A stretch of DNA of 63,963 nucleotides, counting the filler, from a bacterium (GTDB lineage: Bacteria; JALSQH01): assembly GCA_026985515.1 (NCBI GenBank). It is 7 parts of 7 records of this genome, joined end to end, with 100 filler letters (N's around TTAATTAATTAA, not from the genome) between each part and the next. Parts side by side here need not be neighbours in the genome. Positions count along the whole stretch, not along the records: positions 39,808 to 57,129 come from JALSQH010000058.1; positions 57,230 to 61,850 come from JALSQH010000060.1; 5 more parts are not named here. One strand, written 5' to 3'. The position numbers and the translations under genes are program-made. Shown here in pieces: positions 50,236-59,998 of this stretch; the stretch's first letter is position 1, and each line of letters opens with the position of its first letter. A model generated the notes under the pieces. That model made no database searches. It was given only the letters and a program-made list of their open reading frames with translations, and was not told where the DNA came from.

Positions 50236-51272
50236 TCACTGTATCTTTTTATCCAGTTGTAGATGATGGGCAGTATTTCGGAGGGAGCTCTTTTTCCTAC
50301 CACTAAATCTATGTGACCATAGTCAATGGAAAATCCGTACTTTTTCCCTGCAATGATCAGTTTTGCCAGAGCCTTTGTTTCTCTATAGCTCATAATTACA
50401 GCCTTCGGTCTGGCCATCATGTCAGTGCTTCCTGCAATGAATAGGACCGGTACTTTAATTTTCTCAAGTGAGGTGAGGTAGTTGATGCCCATTTCATCTA
50501 CCAGAGGACCATTGATTATTGCCTCCTTGAGCTGATCAATGATTGATATGGGTGTGGATGGACTCACAGCTCTCGTGAGCATTACTTTGACCTGCTCAGG
50601 ATCCAGATTATCAGGGTTGCCCAGCAATCTGATAAGCTTTATGTGTCTCAGAGCAAATTTTATTACTGGTTCAGCATCTATCAGATAATTGAATGGATAT
50701 GACCACAGGTAGGGAGAAATCCTCTTTAAAAAGTCAATCCTGTTTATGAGTGGAAGAAATATTTTTCTCTGTGAAGAGGTGAAAGTTACTGGTGCACCTA
50801 TTGCAATTATTGAGATAAGGGACGGATCGGTAAAGTGTGCTGCATATTCCAGGAGAGTAATTCCTCCAAGGCTGTGTCCCATTAAGAAGTACCTTTTAAT
50901 TTTTCTTTTCTTTACCGATCTTATAACTGCCGGAAGGTCATACCTCCACAATCTGCCTATTTTGATTTTACTTTTATCTCTGCATATGGCTCCCCCATGG
51001 CCCCTGAAGTCAAAGGAGAATCCCTGGTAGCCCTTTCTGGAGAAAAATCTTGCAAAGGAGCTGGGTGGGTAGGCGTCAAAATTGTTGTGATTTGCTCCAA
51101 GTCCATGAAGATATATTATTGCTGGCATGGTGGATTTACCTGAATATGTGAAAACGGGTAGTCTGCATCCATCCTCTGTCCTTACCCAGTATGAGGGATG
51201 GTCCCATTTTGAGCATGATGAAAGGAGAATGAGAAGCAATAGTGATAATTTAACTGCTATTTTTCCACTCAT
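50202..51272 (-). CDS. Alpha/beta hydrolase lipoprotein
   Basis: LLSSC lipobox, HGLGAN, DFRGHG, GHSLGG, GSTD, YGHIDL. Confidence 0.85.
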   Translation of the reverse strand: MSGKIAVKLSLLLLILLSSCSKWDHPSYWVRTEDGCRLPVFTYSGKSTMPAIIYLHGLGANHNNFDAYPPSSFARFFSRKGYQGFSFDFRGHGGAICRDKSKIKIGRLWRYDLPAVIRSVKKRKIKRYFLMGHSLGGITLLEYAAHFTDPSLISIIAIGAPVTFTSSQRKIFLPLINRIDFLKRISPYLWSYPFNYLIDAEPVIKFALRHIKLIRLLGNPDNLDPEQVKVMLTRAVSPSTPISIIDQLKEAIINGPLVDEMGINYLTSLEKIKVPVLFIAGSTDMMARPKAVIMSYRETKALAKLIIAGKKYGFSIDYGHIDLVVGKRAPSEILPIIYNWIKRYSDGGGDRIRTGE

Positions 51273-52816
51273 CCTTCAACAATCTTCTTCAGTTCTTCCT
51301 CTATTTTTAATGGTTCTTTTGGTACTGTACGGTTGTGGATAATTTTTTTCTTATCCAGAGAATTAATATTTTCCGGGATGCTTTTACCCGTTTGTTCCGC
51401 CACCATTCTCACCACTTCAATTCCACTTTTTTCCCTGAGTTCAGGAATATCGTTTTTATCCCGTGCGTATGGAATGGAATGAAGAGCCTTGTAAACATCA
51501 ATGCCAAATTTTGCCCAGTGGGCTGTAGACGCCACTATTATGGGAATGGCGGGATTTTTTGCTGAATATTCCTCGGCGATTTTTACACCGACAGAGGTAT
51601 GAGGGTCCATGAGGTAGCTGGTTTCTCTGAAAATTTTATTGAGAAAGGAGAGGGTTTCATCATTTGTGACCCATCCCGGGTAAAAAATTTCACCGAGTTT
51701 TTCAAAAATGCTTTTTTCAATTTCAAAAAATTTCTTTTCTCTGAGATCTGTCATTATTTTTCTCACATACTCTGTTTCGCCAGACACATGATAGAGTAAT
51801 CTTTCAAGATTGGAGGAGATGAGTATGTCCATGGATGGTGAAGGGGTTTTGATAAGTTTTCTATTCCTGAGGTCATATACACCAGCAGTAAAAAAATCGT
51901 ACAGAATTTTGTTCTCGTTGGATGCACAGATCAGTTTCTCTACGGGGATGCCCATTTCTTTTGCATAGTAGGCAGCAAGAATATTTCCAAAATTTCCCGT
52001 TGGTACCGCTATTGTTACTGGTTCCCCGACCCTGATAACATTTTTTTTCACAAGGTGGAGGTATGAAGTTATGTAGTAGACAACCTGTGGGAGTAATCTA
52101 CCCCAGTTTATGGAGTTGGCTGAGGAGAGTTTGTAGTTGATGCTTTCAAGATATTGTGTGAATTTTCTATCGGTAAAAATGAACTTAACAGCATTCTGGG
52201 CATCATCAAAGTCGCCCAGAATTCCATAAACATGCTGGTTAAATCCATCCTGGGTTATCATCTGTAATTCCTGAAGATCACTTACACCGCCTTTGGGATA
52301 GAGAACCGTTATCTCAATGTTTTCAAGATTTTTAAAACCTTCAAGAGCAGCTGTTCCTGTGTCTCCAGATGTTGCTACCAGAATCATGTAGTGCAGTGCA
52401 GGTTCCCCCGAGTCCTCCCTTTTCCTGTTCAGTTCTCTGAGAGAAAATTCGAAAAGGAGGGGCATAACCTGAAGAGCCATATCTTTAAACGCTGATGTTG
52501 GACCGTGAAAGAGCTCCACAAGGAAAATTTTCTCCTTGAGATGAACCACAGGTGCAACTTCAGGATGGTTAAATCGTTTAAAGGCTCTTGAAAGGAGGAA
52601 TTTCAGCGTTTCGTCATCGATGTCCACTTCAAATTTTTTGAAGATATGGAATGCAACCTCTCTGTATGGAAGGGAAGAGAATTTTTCAAGTTCATCCATG
52701 GATAGTGCGGGAATTTTTTCAGGGACAAACAGCCCTCCATCAGGGGCTATACCCTTCAGGATCACTTCCTGGAATGAAAAGTTGAGATTTGCGTCTCTGG
52801 TGCTAAAGTACCTCAT
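51269..52816 (-). CDS. thrC: Threonine synthase
   Basis: YFSTR, PDGGLFVP, ELFHGPTSAFKD, ATSGDTG, SANSINWGR, VPTGNFGN. Confidence 0.95.
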   Translation of the reverse strand: MRYFSTRDANLNFSFQEVILKGIAPDGGLFVPEKIPALSMDELEKFSSLPYREVAFHIFKKFEVDIDDETLKFLLSRAFKRFNHPEVAPVVHLKEKIFLVELFHGPTSAFKDMALQVMPLLFEFSLRELNRKREDSGEPALHYMILVATSGDTGTAALEGFKNLENIEITVLYPKGGVSDLQELQMITQDGFNQHVYGILGDFDDAQNAVKFIFTDRKFTQYLESINYKLSSANSINWGRLLPQVVYYITSYLHLVKKNVIRVGEPVTIAVPTGNFGNILAAYYAKEMGIPVEKLICASNENKILYDFFTAGVYDLRNRKLIKTPSPSMDILISSNLERLLYHVSGETEYVRKIMTDLREKKFFEIEKSIFEKLGEIFYPGWVTNDETLSFLNKIFRETSYLMDPHTSVGVKIAEEYSAKNPAIPIIVASTAHWAKFGIDVYKALHSIPYARDKNDIPELREKSGIEVVRMVAEQTGKSIPENINSLDKKKIIHNRTVPKEPLKIEEELKKIVEG

Positions 52817-53507
52817 TTCTGCTTTCCTCCAGAAGGATAAGGGGATTTTCTTCTGTCATTTCCAGCCAGTATTTTTCACATGCTGTTTCCCTGAGAACTG
52901 GTAAAGTTTGACCGATGAGTTTCAGCTGTGAATGTGAATGGGTATCGGTGGCAAGGAAGTCATACATTTTTTCATTGAGGAGTTTGAGGAACTGTTTTTT
53001 TATGTACCTCCCATATATTCCGGCAAAGCTTCCCATGTTTCCCTGCAAAAGCCCACCTCTTCTTTTAAATTCTTCAACAAATTGTGGTATGGAGGAGATC
53101 CATTCATATCTTTCTGGATGAGCGAGGATAGGGATATAACCTTCTGTTACGATTTTGAAGATGATGTGCTCCCAGTTTATTGGAGGTATAGAAAAAGAAA
53201 ATTCAATGAGAATATGTTTGCCATCGGGATAGGGGAGAATATTTTTCTTTTCCAGCTTTTCAAGGAAATTGAAATCAACAAAGTATTCCCTGGTTGAGAA
53301 GATTTTAATATTGCTCTTTTTCATCCTGCTGGTTATTTCTGTTAATCTTTCATCCGGCACTTCAAAAAGTCCAGGATAACAGTGGGTTGTTTCCACTACA
53401 TGGGTGAATCCAAGTTCGTAATATGTTTCCATTATTGCTTCAGTTTCTCTCATAGCTTCCGGGCCATCGTCAAGACCCGCTATGAAGTGGGAATGAATAT
53501 CAATCAT
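52803..53507 (-). CDS. CpsB/CapC/YwqE PHP-family tyrosine phosphatase
   Basis: MIDIHSH...LDDG, TTH, ILAHPERY, ATDTH. Confidence 0.9.
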   Translation of the reverse strand: MIDIHSHFIAGLDDGPEAMRETEAIMETYYELGFTHVVETTHCYPGLFEVPDERLTEITSRMKKSNIKIFSTREYFVDFNFLEKLEKKNILPYPDGKHILIEFSFSIPPINWEHIIFKIVTEGYIPILAHPERYEWISSIPQFVEEFKRRGGLLQGNMGSFAGIYGRYIKKQFLKLLNEKMYDFLATDTHSHSQLKLIGQTLPVLRETACEKYWLEMTEENPLILLEESRNEVL

Positions 53508-55836
53508 TTCTATTTTTCCCTTTCTCTCTTTTGAAGAATCCTCCAATGCGGCTTATAAATTTTTTCACAGAAAAAGTTGGCGTTTCATCTTCTCCATAGT
53601 ATGTATAGTAGTAGCCGTACCTTTTTTCTTTTGGTGAAACATTGTTAAATATTGCACCCTTCAGTTTGCCTCCAACGTTACCAATCAATTCAACAGCTCT
53701 TTTTACATTCTCCCTTCTGCTTGATCCCTCGACGACTACCAGGAATACTGCGTCAACAATGGTGGAAAGGATCAGAGTATCTGTCACAGCTGTGACGGGG
53801 GGTGAATCTATGAGAATGAAGTTGAACTGTTCCTTCAGGTCTGAGAGGAATTTTCTGAAGGGCTCTGAAGAGAGAATTTCAGAGGGATTCGGTGGAATAG
53901 TTCCGGAAGGTATGAGATACAGGTTTTTGAAACCTGTCTCTCGAATAATCTGGCTTATGGAGAGTTTTCCGTGGGAGGTAATGTAATCTGTCACTCCCGG
54001 AATCTGCTCCTTTCCAAAAATCTTGTGCTGTCTGGGTTTGTGGAGGTCAAGGTCCAGAATAAGCGTCCTGTGACCAAGTTCTGAGAGTGTGATGGCAAGA
54101 TTGGCTGTGGTTATTGATTTTCCTTCCTGGGGAAGCGCACTTGTCATTAAAAGAGCTTTGGTCTGACCGGTGGGGTCGATAAACTGAATGTTTGTCCTGA
54201 GCATTCTGTATGCTTCAGATACATGGGACCTGGGATTGTAGTGAACAATTAAATATGGATCAAAATTTTCCTTCTCTCCATTTTGAGGTGGGTAGATTTT
54301 TGGAATTATGCCGAAAATAGGAAGATTGGCGATGTGTTTCAGCTCATCGATGCTCTTTATTGTGTCGTTGATATAGTCATAGGTCACGACGAGGAAGATT
54401 GCTGAGAGTAATCCAAAAATGAATGTGAGGAGGAGAATCAGTTTTTTCCTCGGTGCCACCGGTGTTGTGGGAGGTATTGCCGGATCTATTACTCTAATTT
54501 TGCTCACTGTCATTGCCTTTGTGATTCGGGCTTCTTCTTTTTTCTTGAGAAGAAATTTGTAAATATCCTCTGTTACTGTCAATTTCCTTTTAAGCCTTAA
54601 AATTTCTCTCTCTGACTCTGGAAATTTTTTCATCTTATCCAGCAGTATCTTTATTGTGGCTGAGAGTTGTTCCTGCTGAATCTTCAATTCACTTGCCCGG
54701 GACCTGAGATAGTTGAACAGTTCCCTCTTTTCCTGATTCAACTGATTCTTTAGTGTCAGAACATTGGGCGAATCCTCTGTGTACTCGGTGAGAAGCGATG
54801 CAATCTGACTTTTCAATTCAGTAATCCGGGAAATAATCCCCTGAAGCACCTCATCCTGCTCCATCGAAGGATAGAGCAGTGGTGCTCTGTTCTTTTTAAG
54901 ACTTTCCAGTACCGATCGGTATGTATTTTCCATGAATTTGAGTTGATAGAGTCGCGATTCAAGACTGGACAGCTGGTCAACATAGTTCTGCACTTCCTCG
55001 TCAATAGCAAATATTTTCTTCTTCTTTTTCAAGTCGTCGTAGGTTTTTTCCAGTTGATTGAGCTGTGAGATTATAAACTTGAGTTGCCCGTCAATGAATT
55101 TTAACGACTTTGTTGCTTCCTCTGTTCTTGCCTCAATGTTCCATTCAATATATTTTTCCGCTATTTTGTTTGCAATTCTCGCAGCCATGCAGGGATCTGG
55201 ATCCTCAACCGAAACTTTTATGATTCTTGTTTTCTCCTCAACATAGTTGGCAGATGTATTTTCCATCAGTTTCTTAACTGCCTTTCTGAAGGGAAGGATA
55301 AGTATTTTACCAGAGGTTTTTTCACTGAATTTCAGAGCACGGATATACACTCCCCATTTACCATAGGTTACCGGGGTGTTGAATGTCCCTCTCAGAGTAA
55401 AACCGTTGTCTCCCTTTATCTCAAAATCTCCCTCTCTGTCAAGTACCTCTATTCTGTATTCACCACCAGGTGGGAGTTTTACCCATTCTACCACTATATC
55501 AGCGCCGGGCAGAAAGACTCTGGTAAAAAGCTTCAGATCCCTCACCACCTTTTCTGCAATTGTCCGGCTCTTGATTATGTAAAGCTCTGTTTTCCCCTTG
55601 TTCTGAGCTCCCACGGGAGAAAGACTCTCCCACCATGCCTCAGGCTGTTTTTCAATCAGCAGTGTGGTTGAGGCTGAGTAGACCGGTTCTTTCAGAATAA
55701 TGTAGACGATTCCCCCTATTACAGCGAGGGAGGTAATTACCACTATGTGAAGCATATACCGGTTTATAATCCAGAGCAGATTTTTGAGATTGAGTTCATC
55801 ATCTTTTCTGTAGTAATGTTCTTCAGTCAGGCTCAT
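53500..55836 (-). CDS. wzc: Polysaccharide co-polymerase tyrosine autokinase
   Basis: Two TMs with coiled coil, EAYRMLRTNI, TSALPQEGKS, DSPP, C-terminal YGYYYTYYG cluster. Confidence 0.93.
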   Translation of the reverse strand: MSLTEEHYYRKDDELNLKNLLWIINRYMLHIVVITSLAVIGGIVYIILKEPVYSASTTLLIEKQPEAWWESLSPVGAQNKGKTELYIIKSRTIAEKVVRDLKLFTRVFLPGADIVVEWVKLPPGGEYRIEVLDREGDFEIKGDNGFTLRGTFNTPVTYGKWGVYIRALKFSEKTSGKILILPFRKAVKKLMENTSANYVEEKTRIIKVSVEDPDPCMAARIANKIAEKYIEWNIEARTEEATKSLKFIDGQLKFIISQLNQLEKTYDDLKKKKKIFAIDEEVQNYVDQLSSLESRLYQLKFMENTYRSVLESLKKNRAPLLYPSMEQDEVLQGIISRITELKSQIASLLTEYTEDSPNVLTLKNQLNQEKRELFNYLRSRASELKIQQEQLSATIKILLDKMKKFPESEREILRLKRKLTVTEDIYKFLLKKKEEARITKAMTVSKIRVIDPAIPPTTPVAPRKKLILLLTFIFGLLSAIFLVVTYDYINDTIKSIDELKHIANLPIFGIIPKIYPPQNGEKENFDPYLIVHYNPRSHVSEAYRMLRTNIQFIDPTGQTKALLMTSALPQEGKSITTANLAITLSELGHRTLILDLDLHKPRQHKIFGKEQIPGVTDYITSHGKLSISQIIRETGFKNLYLIPSGTIPPNPSEILSSEPFRKFLSDLKEQFNFILIDSPPVTAVTDTLILSTIVDAVFLVVVEGSSRRENVKRAVELIGNVGGKLKGAIFNNVSPKEKRYGYYYTYYGEDETPTFSVKKFISRIGGFFKREKGKNRND

Positions 55837-55842
55837 CAATCT

Positions 55843-56823
55843 TCACCTTTTTCTCAGATCCTGGATCATGTAATAATCTCTCACAACCCCAAATGGCTGA
55901 ACAAGGAACATGTTGAGTGTTGGTTGAATAAGGGAAATGATCCTGTTCCACTCCCCCACAGGGCTGGATGGCACATAAACAACATCATCCGGGTAGAGAA
56001 AAACATCCTGCAGATGCTTTAAGTCTGGATAGAAGTAGCTTATAACCCTTATCTGAACTTTTCCTTTACCCCAGTGAAGAATCCCGATCTGGCTTCTCCA
56101 TGCATCATTTCTGAATCCTCCTGCCTGGGCTATTGCTTCCCAGACTGTGGGGTGGGCAGACTGAAGAGGATAGCTTCCGGGATGGTTTACGGCTCCCAGC
56201 ACAATCACTCTCATATTTGTTGTCTTTTCCACAATGAGGGTGTCGCCTCTCACAATATAGATTTTTTTCAATAGCTTGAGGTTTCGTGGATCAAGCGGAT
56301 AAACCACCCCTTTCCTTATGAGAAACCAGCGGTAAAAAGAAGCTTCTGATGTGGTGCCTCCAGCAATTCCTATGGCATCCATTATGGTTACTGGCTTGAG
56401 AAGGGGGTAATTCCCGGGCTGTGACACAGCTCCAAGAATGGAGTATCTTGCCCCTGTGATTCTGAGGGGTGAAACACTTACAACAGGTTTTTTCAGAATT
56501 TTTTTCAATTTCAGCTGAATTTTTTTCTGCAATTCACTGAGTTTCAATCCCTGAACTTTTATGCTTCCAATTCTGGGAATTGTGATTGTTCCATCATCTT
56601 TTACCATCTCCTGTTCCACAGAGAGTTCAGGATGTTGAAAAACAGTGATTGACAGGACATCATAGGGAGAAACTGTGTATTCATCTTTCTGTGTGAGATC
56701 AATTTCAATGTTTCTTTCTTCTTCATTGATAGATAGATGCACTTTACCCTCATGTGCCCTGTAGCATCCGTTTGTCAGAAAAAGGGAGAAAATATAGAAG
56801 AAAAATGGTAGAATTTTTTTAAT
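55843..56823 (-). CDS. wza: Polysaccharide export lipoprotein (Wza/OPX, SLBB domains); probable ATT start
   Basis: YTVSPYDVLSITVF..PELS, DGTITIP.IG, GAV..PG.Y; the frame extends upstream of 56742 as (I)KKILPFFFYIFSLFLTNGC. Confidence 0.85.
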   Translation of the reverse strand: MKKILPFFFYIFSLFLTNGCYRAHEGKVHLSINEEERNIEIDLTQKDEYTVSPYDVLSITVFQHPELSVEQEMVKDDGTITIPRIGSIKVQGLKLSELQKKIQLKLKKILKKPVVSVSPLRITGARYSILGAVSQPGNYPLLKPVTIMDAIGIAGGTTSEASFYRWFLIRKGVVYPLDPRNLKLLKKIYIVRGDTLIVEKTTNMRVIVLGAVNHPGSYPLQSAHPTVWEAIAQAGGFRNDAWRSQIGILHWGKGKVQIRVISYFYPDLKHLQDVFLYPDDVVYVPSSPVGEWNRIISLIQPTLNMFLVQPFGVVRDYYMIQDLRKR

Positions 56824-56836
56824 CTTCCCGCCCCCT

Positions 56837-57127
56837 TTACATTGTTGAAGGAATCAGTTCACCAATTTTCTCTGCTTTGAGGATTGCTGAGACAACATCT
56901 TTTGCAATTGAGTCAATTATATTTACTGCCTCTTTCACTTCTTCGCTGTTTTTAAATGAGGATTCCAGAGACCGCAAAATACGGTACATATCTTCTCCCT
57001 CAGAAAGCAATTCAAATGTTTCTAACTTTCTTATCTTAAACTCTTTTCCATGAAATTCATATTTGTCAAGGATTTTTTCCCCGCTGCTTTTAAAGGGCCA
57101 GTTTTCCTTTAACCTGAAGTATCTTTC
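56837..57127 (-). CDS. Hypothetical protein, C-terminal fragment
   Basis: Open frame from the contig edge, ERYFRLKENWPFKS...IPSTM*, ending just upstream of wza. Confidence 0.65.
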   Translation of the reverse strand, partial: ERYFRLKENWPFKSSGEKILDKYEFHGKEFKIRKLETFELLSEGEDMYRILRSLESSFKNSEEVKEAVNIIDSIAKDVVSAILKAEKIGELIPSTM

Positions 57128-57129
57128 AA

Positions 57130-57229
57130 NNNNNNNNNNNNNNNNNNNNNNNNNNNNNNNNNNNNNNNNNNNNTTAATTAATTAANNNNNNNNNNNNNNN
57201 NNNNNNNNNNNNNNNNNNNNNNNNNNNNN
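57130..57229. other. Assembly gap linker
   Basis: N-TTAATTAATTAA-N. Confidence 0.99.
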
Positions 57230-57234
57230 GAGAG

Positions 57235-58167
57235 CTAACTGAAAATGCTCTCCACTATTCCCACATAATATTTATCTTCATGTTCAATCAGAATTGCCCA
57301 GGTAAATGATCTCCAGGCTCCCTTTTTGTGGTACTTCTCCACAAACTCTTCTGCTTCCTTTTTATTCTGAAAAAATTTATCTATGTAGTAGCGAAACTCC
57401 AGCGTTCCATAGTGCATTGTCGCAAGTTTATGGGGAAAGTTGAAGGGTGACAGATAGAGTTTATTTTCAAAAACATAATTTACCAGCTTCTCTTTTACTT
57501 CTGGGGGTATACTGTTGGGAAGGCAGTGACCAAAGACATTGTTACTGAATTTGTTTATTTTTTCTCTAATCTGGTTTTTTATATACTCTTCTGCTTCCTT
57601 TAATTTTTCCTCTTCCTTTAACTCAATAATTTTTTTTATCTCGTCACGTGTTTTATATTTGAAATTTATTGCCCTCACTTTCACTGATCTCTTTACCCCT
57701 TCTTCTTCCTTTGATATGCCCGGTTTTATTCGGATATGGATTTCACTTCGTCTATAGTCTTTATTGTTGAGGATTGTGGAGAGGTGTTTGAAGGATATAC
57801 CTATCGGAATAAACACAAGCGAAGCTATGACTTCTCCACTGGCAACATGTTTGGTTATCATAGCTCCCTGATAGTCATACACAACAGAAAAGATAACTGG
57901 TTCTGTTAGAAATCCCTTATAGTATGGTGGAATGATATTGTTTCTTATGCCTGTCAGTGGGATGTGATCATAAATAACACCCATAACTCCTCCGGCTGTT
58001 TCAATGTAGAGATCTTTTAAAAAACTAATTCCACCCCTTCCTATCTCCATAGAATCAATTGCCACCACTTTGACTGAGGATGATTCTTCATCAAAGAAAA
58101 GTTCAATTTTGTCGTTTTTAACCAGTTCCATATTTATAACCCTTGGAATTCCTGATGAGATCATCAT
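57235..58167 (-). CDS. Hypothetical protein, putatively sigma-54 transcribed
   Basis: 310 aa ORF with strong AGGAGGTG RBS; no family recognised. Confidence 0.75.
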   Translation of the reverse strand: MMISSGIPRVINMELVKNDKIELFFDEESSSVKVVAIDSMEIGRGGISFLKDLYIETAGGVMGVIYDHIPLTGIRNNIIPPYYKGFLTEPVIFSVVYDYQGAMITKHVASGEVIASLVFIPIGISFKHLSTILNNKDYRRSEIHIRIKPGISKEEEGVKRSVKVRAINFKYKTRDEIKKIIELKEEEKLKEAEEYIKNQIREKINKFSNNVFGHCLPNSIPPEVKEKLVNYVFENKLYLSPFNFPHKLATMHYGTLEFRYYIDKFFQNKKEAEEFVEKYHKKGAWRSFTWAILIEHEDKYYVGIVESIFS

Positions 58168-58188
58168 TCACCTCCTTTTTGAGGCTAA

Positions 58189-58204
58189 AGCAAATTTCTT
58201 GCCA
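58189..58204 (-). promoter_or_regulatory. Sigma-54 (-24/-12) promoter
   Basis: Minus strand TGGCAAGAAATTTGCT: GG-N10-GC, matching TGGCA-N6-TTGCW. Confidence 0.8.
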
Positions 58205-58243
58205 GCGGTTTCTTGCGAAAGAATAGGGGGAATCCAATTCTTG

Positions 58244-58272
58244 TTGACGAAAAGTAAATTTTTTGATATAAA
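58244..58272 (+). promoter_or_regulatory. Sigma-70 promoter of the enhancer-binding protein gene
   Basis: TTGACG-N17-TATAAA with TG extension. Confidence 0.55.
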
Positions 58273-58312
58273 AAAATTAATCTAAGTTTAAAAAATTATA
58301 GAGGAGGGTAAA

Positions 58313-59845
58313 ATGAAAGAAGGTGTTGTTATTGTGACCAATAGTTTTGAGAGTTTTGCATGTGCAGCTGAATTTATCAGGTTACACACAGGAAGCTATG
58401 GTGTAAAATTTTCCAGTTCTATTGATCTTATTGATGATCTTGAAGAGCTGATCGAAAAGGAAAAGTACAGGGAAGTGAACATTTGCTGTGTTTATCCCCC
58501 TTCATTTCATAAAAAATCAAGGGAGTGGTGGAAAGAAAATGATCTCAACAAGATTTTCCACTTGCTGAAGAAGTTTCCATCTTTGAGAATCAAGTGGTTC
58601 TGGGATGAGGGGAGATTTTTTTCTTTTCCAGATGAATTACTCAGGAGTGGGAGAGTTGTCAAGAGTGCGCCACTGGTTGCTTATGTTCAAAAAAATATTC
58701 AAGAAGATTTAAAGTTTTTATTTGAAAAATTGTCTATCTACTACCTCATCGTTAGGGATGAGAAATTAATTGAAGTATCAGTGGAGAAGGCAGCAGAGGG
58801 TGTTGAAAACCTGAAAGATTTTGTAAAAGAAAAGGGTGTTATGAAAGTAGACCCTGGAAGAGTATCATCATGCCTCGTACTGGATGCCAAGGTTACCCCC
58901 ACCTTCAAAGAAATCAGAAGGAATCTCAAAAAAATAGCTGAATCTGATTTTAATGTGCTTATCTATGGTGAGAGTGGAACGGGGAAGGAGTGTCTCGCCA
59001 ATCAGATTCATCTTTTAAGCAGAAGAAGCGAAAGACCCTTTTTCAAAATAAACTGCGGTGCTATCAGTGAGGATCTCGCTCTGAGTGAACTCTTTGGTCA
59101 TGTGAGGGGAGCCTTTACAGGGGCTGAAAGTAATAAGGATGGTTTCTTCAAACAGGCCGATGGTGGAACTATCTTCCTGGATGAGATAAATAAATGCAGC
59201 AAGAGAGTTCAGGGAATGCTTTTGAGAGCAATTGAGTATGGAGAATTTTATCCTGTGGGAGGTGTGAAACCTGTAAAAACAGATGTAAGGATGATCACTG
59301 CTCTTAATAAGAGGGTGTGGGAAGGAAAGGGAAAGAGTATAAGATTCAACGACTCGGGTCTCCTTGAGGATCTGTATTACCGGATTTCAGAGGTAAAGTT
59401 GAGGGTGCCACCTGTGAGGGAGTGGGATATAAAGGATAAGTTAAGACTTATTCATCAATTGATTTACAGGTTGAGTGAAGGGGAATTGACAATTGGAGTT
59501 TTTTCTAAGGGAGAAATAGAAATGTTACTTGAATACCCGTGGAGCAGAGGTAATGTGAGGGAGATTAGAAATACACTTCTTGCTTATCTCACTACAGGAA
59601 AACTAATCTTTGAAGAGGATTTCTGGAAAGATGAAGTGTTGCAGATTACTGCATCTGGAGAAGAGATTGAGATTGATGGACTGAGGTTGATTTTCACTCC
59701 TGATCTGAGTATGCCACCCCTGGAAAAGTTGAAGAAAGCCATAGTGGAATACCTGCACAGAAAAGGTTTGACCTACGCAGAAATCGGAGAAAAATTGGGT
59801 ATTTCAAGTGTTACGGTGTATAAGATAAGGAAGGGGAGAAAATGA
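58313..59845 (+). CDS. Sigma-54-dependent transcriptional activator (AAA+ bEBP) with unrecognised N-terminal domain
   Basis: GESGTGKE, INCGA, SELFGHVRGAFTGA, IFLDEI, DLYYR, GNVRE, C-terminal HTH. Confidence 0.9.
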   Translation: MKEGVVIVTNSFESFACAAEFIRLHTGSYGVKFSSSIDLIDDLEELIEKEKYREVNICCVYPPSFHKKSREWWKENDLNKIFHLLKKFPSLRIKWFWDEGRFFSFPDELLRSGRVVKSAPLVAYVQKNIQEDLKFLFEKLSIYYLIVRDEKLIEVSVEKAAEGVENLKDFVKEKGVMKVDPGRVSSCLVLDAKVTPTFKEIRRNLKKIAESDFNVLIYGESGTGKECLANQIHLLSRRSERPFFKINCGAISEDLALSELFGHVRGAFTGAESNKDGFFKQADGGTIFLDEINKCSKRVQGMLLRAIEYGEFYPVGGVKPVKTDVRMITALNKRVWEGKGKSIRFNDSGLLEDLYYRISEVKLRVPPVREWDIKDKLRLIHQLIYRLSEGELTIGVFSKGEIEMLLEYPWSRGNVREIRNTLLAYLTTGKLIFEEDFWKDEVLQITASGEEIEIDGLRLIFTPDLSMPPLEKLKKAIVEYLHRKGLTYAEIGEKLGISSVTVYKIRKGRK

Positions 59846-59943
59846 ATAGAAGATGAGTCCCTGTAATTTAGGCATAAAAGTTTCTGAGAAAGTTTGCTAA
59901 TTTTCTTGATTAATTATCATGAATTAGTCATTTTATAAAATTC

Positions 59944-59971
59944 TTGACAACATCAGATAAATTGGTAGAAT
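59944..59971 (+). promoter_or_regulatory. Sigma-70 promoter
   Basis: TTGACA-N16-TAGAAT with TG extension. Confidence 0.6.
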
Positions 59972-59998
59972 AGAGATTGCAATAAGGAGGTGGTGGAG

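Noticed and set aside
59869-59898. Second sigma-54 promoter downstream of the activator (AGGCATAAAAGTTTCT)
   Set aside because: GG-N10 is followed by TC rather than GC, and a good sigma-70 promoter explains the downstream gene.
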